DNA of 64,000 bases from assembly GCF_009914755.1 (NCBI RefSeq), contig NC_060935.1, one strand, 5' to 3'. The position numbers and the translations under genes were made by a program. The notes below the pieces were generated by a model. It searched no databases. It was not told the origin of the DNA and was given only the letters and a program-made list of their open reading frames with translations. The number at the start of each line of letters is the position of its first letter. Position 1 is the stretch's first letter. This DNA comes from the human T2T-CHM13v2.0 reference genome, Homo sapiens. Below, one piece after another: positions 13,101-26,114 of the stretch.

Positions 13101-15602
13101 TGCAGGAACAGGTATCATGCTCCATGCAGGAGCAGTGTTTAAGGCATGTGGCTGTGAGCTCTACAGAGGTTCTCCCACCTTCCCTCTCCCTCTGGAGACT
13201 TTCTGGATGCCCTGGGTCTCAGGGAGCCCACACAGGTGGGCAGCCAATCTGCTCTACATGCTTCTGAGCAAATCTCAGCCTGCTCTGCAAGAGGAAAATA
13301 TTCACTCATTCACTCCTTCATCTATGCAACAAGTATTTATTGGCATCCTACTACTTCCCACGCATGTGCTAGATGGAACACCCAGAAACTCCCCCTTCTC
13401 CTGCCCCCTCCCTTCTGCCCAGTTCCTAAGATATGACTGATGATGTAGGAGTAATCAGTGGACCTTAGGTGGTTAGTATTATTAAAGACAATAGCACAGC
13501 ATTCAAGGAGCATATGCACGTCACGTGATACGCTGAGCACTGACTTGCCTAATCTGCTTCCCTGTGAGAAAACGGGAATGTTGGTGGTGCTGTAGCCCCA
13601 TCACATAAAGTGAACCCCTCAAAATACATAAGTATTTTGGTCCTACTTTTACATTTCACTTATCTCTATTTCCCAGGCAGTGGAGTATAGCTGAATAATA
13701 AGGCTCACCAAATCAGCAATTTTGAACCCAGAAATGAGAAGAAAGGACAAGAGGATGATTTTTGGAGCTGGTTAAATTGGGGAAACTTTTAATGTGGCTA
13801 CCTGCAGCCACAGTGTGGTGCACACCATCTGTGGCCATTGGGCACGGGGTTTGGCATGGTAGGAAGTGGGCCGTGTCAGGGACGGGTCCCAGATCTGGGA
13901 CTGGTCTGCTTCCAAGCAGCCATGAGACCCTGAACACGTTACTTCCCTCTCCAAGTACAATTTTCTCATTCATGTGTAGAGTTAGTGTAGGTCCCTTTCT
14001 TTACAGCCTTGACAATCTGGAATGTCTCGTCTGAATCACTTGCTGGAGGAGCATTCCAGCCTGCCTTAATAATGTGGAGGACTTCAGGGATGAGCAGAGG
14101 ACAGTGCCTGCTGCTGTCTTATGGTGTGCATGCGTGTTTGCGGGGGCGGGGCTCAATGACAGTCCCACTTTGTGCAGTGCAGCAGGCAGGCACCTGGAGC
14201 TAGAGAGGTAAGGGCTCCATTCCAGCCTTTGAGGAATTTACCATCTAGGGAAGGAAACAGACCAGTAAATAAGCAATGACAACATAACTCAATACTGTAT
14301 GCTAGAGAAATACAGAAGAGAGGCCCTTGGCCCAGGTAGGTGAAAGAGTGTAGGAAGGAAAATTGGGGAAGCCTCCCTGGAAGAGGTGATACCTGGGCTC
14401 TGTTTTAAAAGCTGAGTAGGAGTTAACCTTATAAGTTAAGGGCTGGAGCATTCTGGCAGAGAAAACAACACAACATGTTAGAAGGTTACAGGTGGCACAC
14501 TGGGTGCAGAGGAACAATGGATGTCCACAGATCCATTTTCTTTCCTATTCCCTGTAACTTCCACCTATTTCAGCTCTCTCATCCACATCTTTATACCCAC
14601 TTGCCACCCTGTCTTCACCTTTCTTCTGTTTTTCTTCCATTCTCTGTAGCTATGGAGAGGAATGGGTTCCATCAGCCACGGAGGGAGCGGAAGAGAAAAG
14701 CAGGATGAGAAGACCTACACTGGAGGTGTGTACTGCATGGCGGCAGCAGCCCCTCCCCTCCCAGCCTCAACTGAGGGCACCACTTCCGCTGCGGCCCTTC
14801 CAGGAAAGTGCTCAGCCCCACATCCCTGTGCCTCATTACCACCTCCCCTACCCTCTCATAAAGACTCTGTTCCTTTCAGGTGCCCACCAACCATTTATGC
14901 CCACTCTATCTCTCTTTGTCACTGCCATCCATACATTCCTGGTCACTTCCCCTCCCTCACTGTCTTTGGCACTAGCTCACTGTCTTCCACTCCAGCCCAA
15001 GTTGTGCCATGAACTCAGGTGAAATCAGCTTCCAACAGCTTGGCCTCTTGATGCCTGGCCTCCTACTCCCCAAGCACACCCTTCACATTAGTCACCTGCT
15101 CCTATGAGTGCATTCTGAGCACTGACATCGCCAGGGGTGTTCCTCTCTGAGGTTACAAATTTAGTTACTCCACTGTGTGACCACAATTGCCTCTGCAGCC
15201 CAGTTCAAGTGCTCAGTGATTCCAAGTATACCAGTTCTCTGATTTCATCAACACCATCAGTCCACTGATTCTATCAGCCTATCTTCCCTTCCCTTTCAAT
15301 CCAGCTTAGGTTTCTGGCCCAATATGCATACACTTTTACCGATATCCTTAATTCCCTTGCTTCATTGTTCTTAAATCATCCTTGGCTTCTCTCTTCCCCT
15401 CATCCTCCATAGCCCATCAATCACTGAGTTCTGGCGAATTTAAGATATCTTTTCAGGTCTTTCAAGCCTTCCTACCTCCACTGCCCCTCCCTAGATCAGG
15501 CTGCCAGCATTGCTGTCCTGAACAACTGCAAACTCTCCTAGGTACTCTGCCTCCAGTCTTGAATCTTCTATAATCAGTTCCCCCACATAGCAGCCTCTGT
15601 GA

Positions 15603-15885
15603 TTTTTTTTTTTTTTGAGACAGTCTCACTATGTTGCCTAGGCTGGAGTGCAGTGGCCTGATCTCACTGCACCATCTGCTTCCTGGGTTCAGGTAATTCC
15701 CGTGCCTCAGCCACCCCAGTAGCTGGGATTACAGGTGTGAGCCACCACATCCGGCTAAGTTTTGTAGTAGAGATGAGCTTTTGCCATGTTGGCCAGGCTA
15801 GTCTCAAACTCCTGGCCTCAAGTGATCTGCCTGTCTTGGCCTCCCAAAATGCTGGGATTACAGGCATGAGCCACCATGCCTGGCC
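15603..15885 (-). mobile_element. Alu within degraded L2-like sequence
   Basis: Poly-T plus reverse Alu dimer, followed by a (TTG)n/(TTTG)n tract to ~15929. Confidence 0.93.
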
Positions 15886-16369
15886 AGTTTTTGTTGTTGT
15901 TGTTGTTTGTTTGTTTGTTTGTTTGTTTTACTGCAAATTGAATCACTGGAGTTGTCCCTGTGCTTAAAACCCAATCCTTCAAGTTGGCTTCTTTTTTCCC
16001 TCAGGATGGAATCCAGTCTCCTACATAAGACTTCAAGGTTCATAGTCAGGCCCCTGCCTAAGCCTTTGGCCTTACCTTGTACCATCTTCACTTCAAATCC
16101 CATTCATTAGCCACTGAGTTTCTTCAAAACTCCATGGTCTAACCTGAGCCAGGTGTGGAGGAAAAACCCTGGGCAGAAGTGAGTTCTAGTCCAGCTCTCC
16201 TACTTCTCTGCTGTGTAACATTGGGTTCTTTCAAGTATAACACTCTATGCCAATTCATACCTGGTCTAATGTCTTCATCTGCAATGGTGTCTTTCTTCCC
16301 TCCAGAAGAGAGAATATAAAATTTGGAGCACAGGTTGGGAAGGGTTCTGTGGACACTTCTCTGCCCACT

Positions 16370-16630
16370 GATAATTACGATAAGGATAATGATAGTGAAT
16401 GTTTGCTGAGAGCTTACCATGCATCAGGTACTGAGACAAGCACTTTATGTGCGTGACTCATTTCCTTTGCACAAAACCCAATCAGGTAAGTATATAGTCA
16501 TCCTGTTTTATGAAGGGATAAAGAACTGCATCTCAAAGGGGTGATAGTAACTTGATAGAGGTCACATAGCTCATGACCGATAGAACAAAGATCTGATCCT
16601 GCATTAGCCTGGTTTTTGAGTGCTCTGAAC
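16370..16630 (-). mobile_element. MIR
   Basis: GAGAGCTTACCATGCATCAGGTACTG...GGTCACATAGCT, reverse MIR. Confidence 0.65.
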
Positions 16631-18529
16631 CACTTTGTTTAACTAAATAACTAGAGGGACAGGGGATGCATAGCCCACTTCTTAAAAGTGCTTTGTGGAA
16701 AGATAGGTTCAAACTGTTACTGCGTTTGGAGGGTCTTGGGTATAATCATGCTTATCTGTACCTTTTAAAGTAAGGACTAGTCCAATTCCCCAAAGTCTAA
16801 ACACAGAAATCACCAAAGCACTAATGGCATCCCTCAATAACAGCTCTTTTGTCTTCAGGTCCCCAGGCTGACCTGAACAAACACACCTGTGTATGTTTCC
16901 TCAACAGCCCCCCCAGTGCCTTTTTCTCCATGAGTGTGTCTGATTGAAGTAGGTTCCAACCATTCAATATTCCCCAACTTCCATGCCCTGTGACAACTGC
17001 GAAAAATTTCCATCCAACCTATAATGTCATCATGGCTGAGGGTGGCCAGATAGTGCAGGTTAGGGATGAAAGAGAGAAGGCATGAAGTATGTTGCTGACC
17101 TATGAGATACCTCTAGTGGGGGATGCCTCAGACACTGCCACTCTTGTTAAGCTGCAAGTAAAGTAGAGGGAGAGTGTCGCTATGGGGAAGTAAGCTGTCT
17201 CTCACCTACCCATCACTTATCCACTCACCCACTCTCACTCAACAATTTAAGTAACTACCAAGTGCCTAGCACCATTTTAGGTTATAATAGATTTTAGAGA
17301 AGCATGAGACAAATTCTCTGCTTCAAGGAGCTCATGGTCTGGTGGAGAAGACAAGAAATGCACAATTGAGAGATTAGCATTAAGCATTAAGTTGGCTCCT
17401 CACAGAAGACAGGCCACAAGGGAGATTTTGTGTCATTAGTCACAATGTGACTCTAGAGTGATCCCAGACCTTCAACTACACATACTACTAAAGAAAAATA
17501 GTGTGTGGAAACATGGATCCACCGTGGTGCGGGGGCAGGCGGTGGGAGGCGGTGCTGACATCCTCTGCCTGGGACCCTGGAAGTTAGTTTCTGCTTGTCA
17601 ACACATGTCTCTTATTGACCCTGCCATAAATGAGTGAAAGAGTTGAAAGGGCTGAGTCCAAAAAAGGATGAACCAAGGAAGATGACCCAGGAACAGAATA
17701 CCTACAGTGCCTTCTGAAATATTCTACCATAGCTAAATGGTGAGCATTTGTAGCTGGCCAGAAATAGATGCACATCAATTACAAGAGAGTCCTCCCCAAG
17801 AAGGGATTCATAGACCAAGAAAAAGGCCAACAAGAGGGATTATCTTTATGCACTGGGGAATCTCAGGACCAGAAGCTACTGTTTCCATCCTCCTTTCTCA
17901 GGCAGGACCATACTTCACCTAAAAACATGATAGCATTTGCTCCTGCCAAGAATGACTCCAGAAGCTGCAGAACACATATTTCTGCCAGCTTTGGGGGTCT
18001 GCTCATGTGAAGTTCTTTGGCCCTTTCAATCTGGGAAAAGAAAAAAAGTCACCTTGTCCTTGTACACCAGTACATTCTCCTTGTTTTTTGTTTTTAATAA
18101 AAACTGGCCTGTGCCAGAGCAACATACCATGTGACACTGCCAATCAGGGAGGCTCCAACCATGAGGTAGCAGACACAGAGCCCAGGAAACCAGGAAGAAA
18201 AATTAGGCCATGAAAAGCTATCACCAGGATAACTTATGCCTCTTCCTAGCTCATGTGGTGTAAGATGGAAATGAATTCAGCTGCACCTAAATCAAAGGGA
18301 TGACAAGCAATTCAAACCCCTATCTCGCTCAAAATGAGCAAGAGCTGCTGACAGGTGAAAGCCAAAGAATTTTGGTGCAGATAAGTGGAGAGTGTAAGAA
18401 AGAAGTATATCCTTGAATTTTGTGAACGTTTTAGAAACATGATTTCAGAAATGTAAAATCAGGTGCTGAATTACTGCAAAAGGACAACAGCTCAAAGTGT
18501 TGTTTCTTACTTAAGCATCTTAATAATAA

Positions 18530-18785
18530 CAATAACAATCATTACAGTTAACATTTAAAGAGTACTCACTTTTCCCAGGGACTCTTTCAAATGTCTTGTC
18601 TCTATTACCTTAATTAATTACTGTGACCCAATTATGTTGGTATTAACATCCACTTACAGGTGAGAACCCCCAGGTGATAGAGGTTAATTAACTTGCTCAT
18701 GGTCACATAGCTAGTAAGTGTTAGAGTCAGGATTCAAATCCTGGAAGTCTAATTCCAGAGCCCACAGGTTTAACTACCATATGGT
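18530..18785 (-). mobile_element. MIR
   Basis: TTACAGGTGAG...AGAGGTTAATTAACTTGCTCATGGTCACATAGCTAGTAAGTG..GGATTCAAATCC, reverse MIR core. Confidence 0.8.
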
Positions 18786-19005
18786 GTTGTTTTTAAAGGG
18801 TTTAAATAGGTGACTAAATATTGATATATGTCATTCATAAAACTCATGGTGAGGCTCAACAACAGAGGAGTCTTCTCACTTATTATGAGGTGAACACGAT
18901 TATTACAGTCCCTTATTTGTGCCTGAAATAACTGATGAGCAGGTTAAGTGCCCTGCCCAGGGACATCCAGGCCTCACCTGCCTCTGTCTATCAGAAAAGC
19001 ATTGA

Positions 19006-19330
<325 letters not shown>

Positions 19331-20083
19331 TAATCAGCTCATTTTTTAAAGGCAGCTCTCATGAGTCACTCCTGTGTCTGTCCAGGATCCCAGGCCATCC
19401 CGCCCTCACATTTCTGTAAAATGTGGAAGCTTAGTCTTGGAGATATAACAAGTTTTCCTTCTATGGTAATAAGAAAGCAAACCCAAAGACCTAATTGTTG
19501 GCAGAAGTCTGGCTTTCATCCTTTGGACAGTTCAGTTCACCTCAAAGAGATGTGGGACAGAAGGTAATGTCATCACAGTTCCAGAAGAGCTTGACAAAAC
19601 ATCCGTCTACACCTCCTCCCAGCTCCTCCCCCAGGTTGGAAGGCTTAGTTGACCCTGCCTCCCTCCTGCTCCTGCCGCCCTCCCTCCTGCTCCCACTGCT
19701 TGCTGAGGTTTACGCCCAGTGCATTTCATCCAAAGGGACCCAGATCCAGGTACAGAACACTTCCTCGCTGGTTCTCAAATTTAAGAATCCCAAGGAGTTA
19801 TTTTATTCATCCTTCTCCATCTGCTGTCTCCCTCTTCACTTTCCTGGTATCATACACAAAGATTACTGCCCTTTCATTCACTAAAGAATTATCTTCTTAT
19901 CCCTATTCTCCTCCTTTTCTTGTTCTTTATGCCACTTACGTATCAGAGAGGGCTATTGCTTTAGCCTTAAACAGTCTGGTTTTGAATCTTTGTCTCACAC
20001 ATGAAACGTGTGACCTTGTGCAAACCACTTACCTTTCTAAGCCTATGCTTCTTCCTCTGCAAAATGGAATAATAAGGGTTACT

Positions 20084-20377
20084 CTGAGGCAGGAGGATCG
20101 TTTGAAGCCAGGAGTTCAAGACCAGACTGGACAACAAAGCAAGGCCCTATATCTACAAAAAATTCTTTAAAAAATTAGTTGGGCATGCTGGCATGCACCT
20201 GTACTCCCAGCTGCTCGGGTGGCTGAAGCAGGAGGATCACTTGAGCCCAGGAGTTCAAGGCTGCTGTGAGCTATGATTGCACCACTGCACTCCAGCCTGG
20301 GTGACAGAGCAAGACCTCTCTCTAAAAATGAAAATAATAAATAAATAAATAAATAATAAACAAACAAAAAATGTAAA
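20084..20377 (+). mobile_element. AluJ-like, 5'-truncated, inserted into a MIR
   Basis: AluJ diagnostic CCCAGGAGTTCAAGGCTGC. Degenerate TSD AATAAGGGTTACT (20071-20083) / AACAAGGGTTCCT (20378-20390). MIR continues on both sides. Confidence 0.9.
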
Positions 20378-23300
20378 AACAAGGGTTCCTATTTCACAGA
20401 GTTGTTGCAGGATTGGGAGTTTAAATGAAGAACCTATGTCAAGTGCTGAGCACAGCGCCCTGCACACAGTAAGTGCACAATAAATGCTGGCCGTTATGAT
20501 GATGAGGCCAGCAAAGGAGGGTCTGGTGAACAGGACCACTTCTCATTCTAGGGAAGCCTGGTACTAAGCCACTTTCCCATATCAAGAGTTCCTGGGAGTT
20601 GCTAGTGATGGTGCTGCCTGGGGTAGCAGGTAGGAGAGGAGGCAATGATGTAGCATGTAACAAAAATAATTTCATTTCTAATGTCTTTCTCCTGCTGGGC
20701 CACTTAGAACCCAAACAATAACAACAAGGAGGGGGTGGAAATGAGAAGGGCAGGCACGTTCTGAAGGAGACCAATAACAAATGAACAGGCGCCAGGACTC
20801 CCTTTGGCTCCCAGACATCTGCAGGGGATTATCGTTGGGGCCACAGCTGCAGTTCTGTGCTGAGCGACAGCTTCCTGGAAGGCAGGACTGCCCAGGCTAA
20901 CTGCAGGCCTATTGATGGAGCTCCTGGGAGCCAGGTCTGCCTGACTTCCCTTACCGCCCTCTGTCTGGAAGCAAGCTGACATTACCCAGAGGGCTGCAGG
21001 GGAAACCAGAGGTTTTCCCTCCTTCCCCTCCCTGTCCCTTCAGACAGCAAAGAATTCCCTCATCTCCTACTGGAAAAAGTAAAAATCCTTACAGGTGACA
21101 TCAGATTATGACAAAATTGCCCAAACTACACTAAGCTGATACCTATATTCAATGCATATTTAACATCAGCCTCTTTCAGGGCCTCCTAAGAGTCTACTTC
21201 TCCTCTGCTCTCACCTCTGTACACTGTCCCATACTCTCCCAAATGCCCCTAGGAGTTTCCAGGCTTCTGAGTTCAAAGCACTGCAGCAGCACAGTTTCTT
21301 CTATCCAGGGGAAGAGGGAGGCCTCAGACCCCAGTGTGTCATCTCTGACTCCTCCCTATACACTAGAGCCACCAGGGTCCTTGGCCCCTCTGCAGTGAAA
21401 CACTCTCATGTATCCTAGGGAGAGAAGAGGCTGTGCCTTCCAAGGGCATCCCAGCTGCCAAGGGTATTGATTTAACCCATTTACCAGATTAAGGTGAAAG
21501 GAAAAAGAAAAGAAAAATCTGCAATTCTGAGGGCAAATTTCTCTCCTTTCTCTGGACCCAAATCAAAGAAAACCAAGTGGCTGAGTCTTATAGTTTTATT
21601 ACTCCTCCATCCCCATGTGCTGACACTATAATCAAGCTATTTTCCAGGCCTGTACATTTAGATAATATGATTCTATTGTCAAAAAATAAGAAAGTTTTGC
21701 ATCCATTTAAGTACAGAGGAAAGAAATCTCCAATTACATTGGTCATGGGAACAGGTGAGAGGCAAAAGTATATTAATATTAGATTCCAACACCATTAGAG
21801 TAATTTAAAAGGCCAGAGATAACATTAGTCTACTGCTCAAATTGGTAAATAAGCAATTTGTGCATCCTTAGTGGCTCCATGGTATATTCTGGAGAGCAGA
21901 AGGGCTTATACCTAATCCCAAGGTCCTTCCAAGGCCACAAAATGCCTTACTGGAGGTGAGAAGAGGGAAAATGGTGCTGGGGTTCAGCTAAGTAAGAGGC
22001 TACCTACAAAGGAGGGTGCCTGCTGAGAAGTTGAATCAACCTGTGTCCTTTCTGCTGCCCATGGTTTCCGAGTGTTTCCTATATGCAGGATGCTCCTCTG
22101 CTAAGCAGAGTACCTGGTAGGATGGAGAAGCTCCAGTTGCTGAGTCCAGTCCTGGTGTTCAGAAACTGGAAAATTCATTGGAAAAAGTTCTGTTTAGGAG
22201 AACTTTAATAAAAGAAGAAAGACCATTGTATTTCTGGACTAAGGAAACAGCTTCCCTGTTTGGAGTCAGGGGCATCTGGCATGACCTCTGAGGAGCCCAA
22301 GAAGATAACCTAAGAATCTAAAGTCCTATAAACTATATCCCAGGAAAATGCAAATGACTGGGCTGCTGTTCTAAGCTATTTTCAAGACCTCAACTCTTAG
22401 GTAACTGTAGCCTGCTGATATATAACTTGATTCTGGGAGATATTACAAATATGACTTAGGGTTCTGGCATTATAAAACCTCAACTTGATTCTTCTCTCTT
22501 CCTAGGTGTTGAGGCACCTTCACTGTTGGAGATTCATAGGTATTAAGCCACAAAGCGGGGAGAAGTGGTGGGTGCCAACACAGGATTGGCTCAAGGAAGT
22601 CTCATCATATCTGTCTCTCCTGGGCGATGTGCTCATATGTGTGCATGCACGTGTATGCAAACACACACAAACACATACACATACACACAGTGCTATCTTC
22701 ACAGCCACACTTTTTTGTTAACACTAAAATGTAACTTTTACTTGCAGGGGAGATGGAAACCATTCTCTCCAGGCAGAGTCCCCACGTCTTTCCCCTTATA
22801 CTTGTTTATTCAGAGAATGGTGACCCCAGACCAGTCCGGCTTCAGCAAGACAATCTCAGGAGTATGTGAGGCCATATTTCTAATGACCCTAAGTTCCCAT
22901 TTGTTTCCCATAGTATCAAAGAAAGAACAGAAGCGTTTGTCTCAATTTCAGATTCTCCTATATCATTCTCAAGATAATTGCATTTTCTAGACAGAAATAA
23001 TCCACCTTTGTAGGTGAAGGTACAAGACTAACTAGCCCACAAGCATCATTACTAGCCTTTTTACCCCTACAAGCCTCCTTGCTTATGGAACAAAAGAACC
23101 AAATCAATACAGTCAATATGTCACTTCCAGCAGGGCATGAGTGGCTACCAGCCTTGGGGAGCATGACGTGCTACTAGGCTGAACTAATCACTCCTTGGCA
23201 TTTCAGGAGCACTTAGGTTAACAGATCACAGCACATGCATAATGAAAGACAATAACTCACCCAGAGGGGAGGGCAGGAGGGAAACACTGAGTTGACCCCC

Positions 23301-23784
23301 ATAGAGGGACAGTTAGTATTTACATAAGTCAACCTGAAGCCATATTGGTGATTCCTTAAAAGGGCCAAAAATTTTAGAAAGAAGAAAAGCCCAGGAAGAT
23401 CCTGGGGGAGAGGAGATTGGATTGCATCCTTAATTTCAGCAAAGATTTAATCAGGGGGATGGTCTTTCTACCAAGAGTCTCACACTTGAAGAATTTAACA
23501 GGTATAACAGCAGGAGACAAAGGGTGAGATTAAATACCTTAATTTTATAAATTTCAAATGTATGAAATTTAGGAATATTTAAGATATCAGCAAATGGTTG
23601 CCAAGGTACATGATTCTTTTAACTCTTAGAAATGCATTTTTATATCTTCAAGGGATTTTCTCAGATAGAATACCTGCTACCAATTTTATGTAAAATAAAC
23701 TTGCTTTCCATTTTCAAAATAAAATAAATGTATACAGACTCTCTAAGGAGTCTCAACTTTTTGGGAGGTAATTTGCTAATTCAG

Positions 23785-23912
23785 TGTACACATGAATCAC
23801 TCAGAAACATTGTTAAAATATAAATTTCCTGGGCCTCCGCTTGAGATTCTCATTCAGCAGTTTTTCAAGGAAGAAGCAAAAATACGCATTTTTAACCAGC
23901 TTCTCAGGGAAT
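23785..23912. mobile_element. MER5-like hAT-Charlie fragment
   Basis: GAATCAC...TTGTTAAAATATAAATTTCCTGGGCC...GAGATTCTCATTCAG...GCATTTTTAACCAGC. Confidence 0.65.
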
Positions 23913-25559
23913 TCATTAAAAAGAAAAAAACCCTTAGAGAAATGCTGCCCGGACTTCTACAACAAATCAGAACCTCTCCACTTTCTGGGCACCTCAGGCT
24001 GTGCAGGGAAGGTAGAAGGAACTCAATGATCTTTAAGAGCTGGGACTACCCTGGCCCTCATTTGGTTCTAGGTCTAACCCTCCCAAACCACTTCCTTGTC
24101 AGATGTCTGCATTCAGAGATGGCATCAAAACCCCCTGCAACAAATAATCCAGGAATTTTGAACACTAAGGAGGGAAGTCCAAGGCAGGGACTGAAACCCA
24201 GGAAAGCAGCTTGCTGATTTTCTTGAAACTGGTCATGCTGACCACAGTCTCTCTATCTGGCCACCCTCATCAAACAGCTGCATGAGGGAAAGACGATAAG
24301 CATGATTTCTTTTTCAAGTGGTCCTAATGCTGCAGGATGAATCAGAGATAAGCATGCATATTTGCATTTGAAGCAGGGTGGGAGTGGGGAGAATCGTTGA
24401 ACATCTAGCTCCCTAAGGAGGAGCAAGGATTGGCCTAAAAGGTTTGTAGCCTGGTCAAAATACAGAAAGGCTTGGATCTGCAGAAGGATCTGGAGTGGGA
24501 TCCACAAAGTGCCTTGCACCTCACTCCCTCACCCCCTCACCCAACCTCAAGAGCCACCGAAAAAAAAGTAGTGGGGTGTCAGGTGGGGCAACAGTGACTT
24601 GCTCAGACAGCTTCCTTGTGGCTGAGAGCAAGCGCCTGTCCCCACGGAGCTGCACTGCTGTGACTTGTGTCCATGGTGAAGCCTGTTATGTAGACGCACA
24701 CGCACCCTCTTACCTCTGCTCTTCAAGAGGAAGCACTCAAGGGCTGCCCGCCTCAGACAGGGATAGGGAAGCGCTCTGTCTGGTGCTTAGAGGTGTCTCT
24801 TGTCTCCGCATACCACCCTAGAGGGGCTCTCGGTCCATCATAGAGCCGGGCCGAGAGCCGGGCGGTCACCCTCCGCTACTGCCGCCACCGTCGCCTGCAC
24901 TGCCGGGTAGAAACGGGTCTGGCACCCAAGCCTCCCTCCCCGACTAGGTGTCAACCCAAGAGAAGGCGAAGGAGAACGAAAGTTCAGGACCAAGGACAGC
25001 GGCAACCGTGGGAGCGGGAGAATCCAGCCAGAATCTGCCTCTCCCCCATCCTTAGCTTCTGCCTTAGAAACTGAAAAGGGTCAGGTCGCACCAACACAGA
25101 GTTGCCAAAAACAGCCCTTCTTCCTCCGGAAGAAGTCGGAAACTCTGGCCGCGAGCCCCGGGTCTCGCGCTTGGGTGCTGGGGGAAGTGCCCTCCCGAGA
25201 TTGTGGGGAGCGGCCTCCCTCCCGCCCTCCGATGCCGCGGCTCCGCCGTGCTGCCCTGGGCGCCCCGCGGGGAGGCTGCCCCAGCTGCGCCCGCTCGTGC
25301 TCGGGGAGAGGATTCCCTTCTAAGTGGCGAGGAGGCTACTGAGAAGGAGGGAGAGGGGATAGCAGCCGCGGGCTCCAGACGCCCTCTGCCCCCGCCCGAC
25401 GGGGAGCCCATGCAGAGCCGGATCCCAGGCGGGCGCTCCCGAGCAGGCGGCCAGGAGTGGCCGCACAAACTTCTGGTCCTGGCCTCGCTCCCCTTGGAGG
25501 TCCCTCCTCCTCTCCCCGTGACACTGAGTCGCCCGCCGCTCCATCCGGCCGGTGCTTAC

Positions 25560-25882
25560 CTTCAAGCCATAGGGCGCCCCGGGGCAGAGACGGCGCCGGC
25601 TGCTTGAGGCTTCCAGCTCCCGCCGCATCCACGCGCGGCCGCCCCTCCGGCAGCCGTCCGGGGCCGCCACTCTCCTCGGCCGGTCCCTGGCTCCCGGCCC
25701 CGCCGCGCCGTTCAGAGCCCCGGCGGGCAGCAGCTCGGCCGGCTCTGGCCCGCGGGGAGCAGTGGACGGGCCGCGGCGGGGCGGGGCGGGGCGGGGCCGG
25801 GCGCGGGGCGGGCGGGCAGGAGGGAGCGCGGGGACGGGGCGGAGGCGGCGCGGTGCGCGCGTGAGGCTGCCGGTTCGGCACT
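25560..25882 (-). other. DRD2: DRD2 exon 1 (non-coding 5' UTR exon)
   Basis: Minus strand reads ...GGAAGCCTCAAGCAGCCGGCGCCGTCTCTGCCCCGGGGCGCCCTATGGCTTGAAG|GTAAGC, which I recognise as the DRD2 mRNA 5' UTR followed by a near-consensus donor (AAG|GTAAGC at 25560/25559). The 5' end is placed at an Inr-like TTCAGT (A at 25882); TATA-less promoters have dispersed starts, so it is approximate. Confidence 0.93.
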
Positions 25883-25975
25883 GAAGCTGGACAGCTCTGC
25901 GGCGCCCGAGCGCGGGGAGCGCGGGAGGGAGGTGCCCCGGTCCCCGCCCCTGAGACAGGCCCCGCCCCCGCCCCC
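25778..25975. promoter_or_regulatory. Cluster of Sp/KLF GC boxes; TATA-less core promoter; G-quadruplex-capable
   Basis: (GGGGC)4 at 25778-25797, further GGGGCGG motifs to ~25845 and CCCCGCCCC motifs at ~25942-25975. No TATA box upstream of the start. Confidence 0.8.
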
Positions 25976-26010
25976 CACCAAAGGAGCTGTACCTCCTCGG
26001 CGATCCCCGG

Positions 26011-26015
26011 CCTGG
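26011..26015 (-). promoter_or_regulatory. DRD2: DRD2 -141C Ins/Del polymorphic site (rs1799732); Ins allele present
   Basis: Context GATCCCCGGCCT-GG-AACGGGTAGG. Two Gs at 26014-26015 give the CCWGG (BstNI) site diagnostic of Ins. SNP identity recalled from the literature. Confidence 0.85.
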
Positions 26016-26032
26016 AACGGGTAGGAGGGGTT

Positions 26033-26042
26033 GGGGGATTCC
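26033..26042 (+). promoter_or_regulatory. NF-kB consensus site
   Basis: GGGGGATTCC fits GGGRNWYYCC exactly, ~150 bp upstream of the TSS. Motif match only. Confidence 0.5.
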
Positions 26043-26113
26043 GCCATCCCTTGTTTTGAGGCGGGAACGCAACCCTCGACCGCCCACTGCGCTCCCACCC
26101 ACACCCAGAGTAA

Positions 26114-26114
26114 T
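26114..26114 (-). promoter_or_regulatory. DRD2: DRD2 A-241G site (rs1799978); A allele present
   Basis: Plus strand GAGTAA[T]AAGCTG, 100 bp from the -141 site. A C here would create the GTNAC (MaeIII) site used for genotyping. Identity recalled. Confidence 0.75.
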
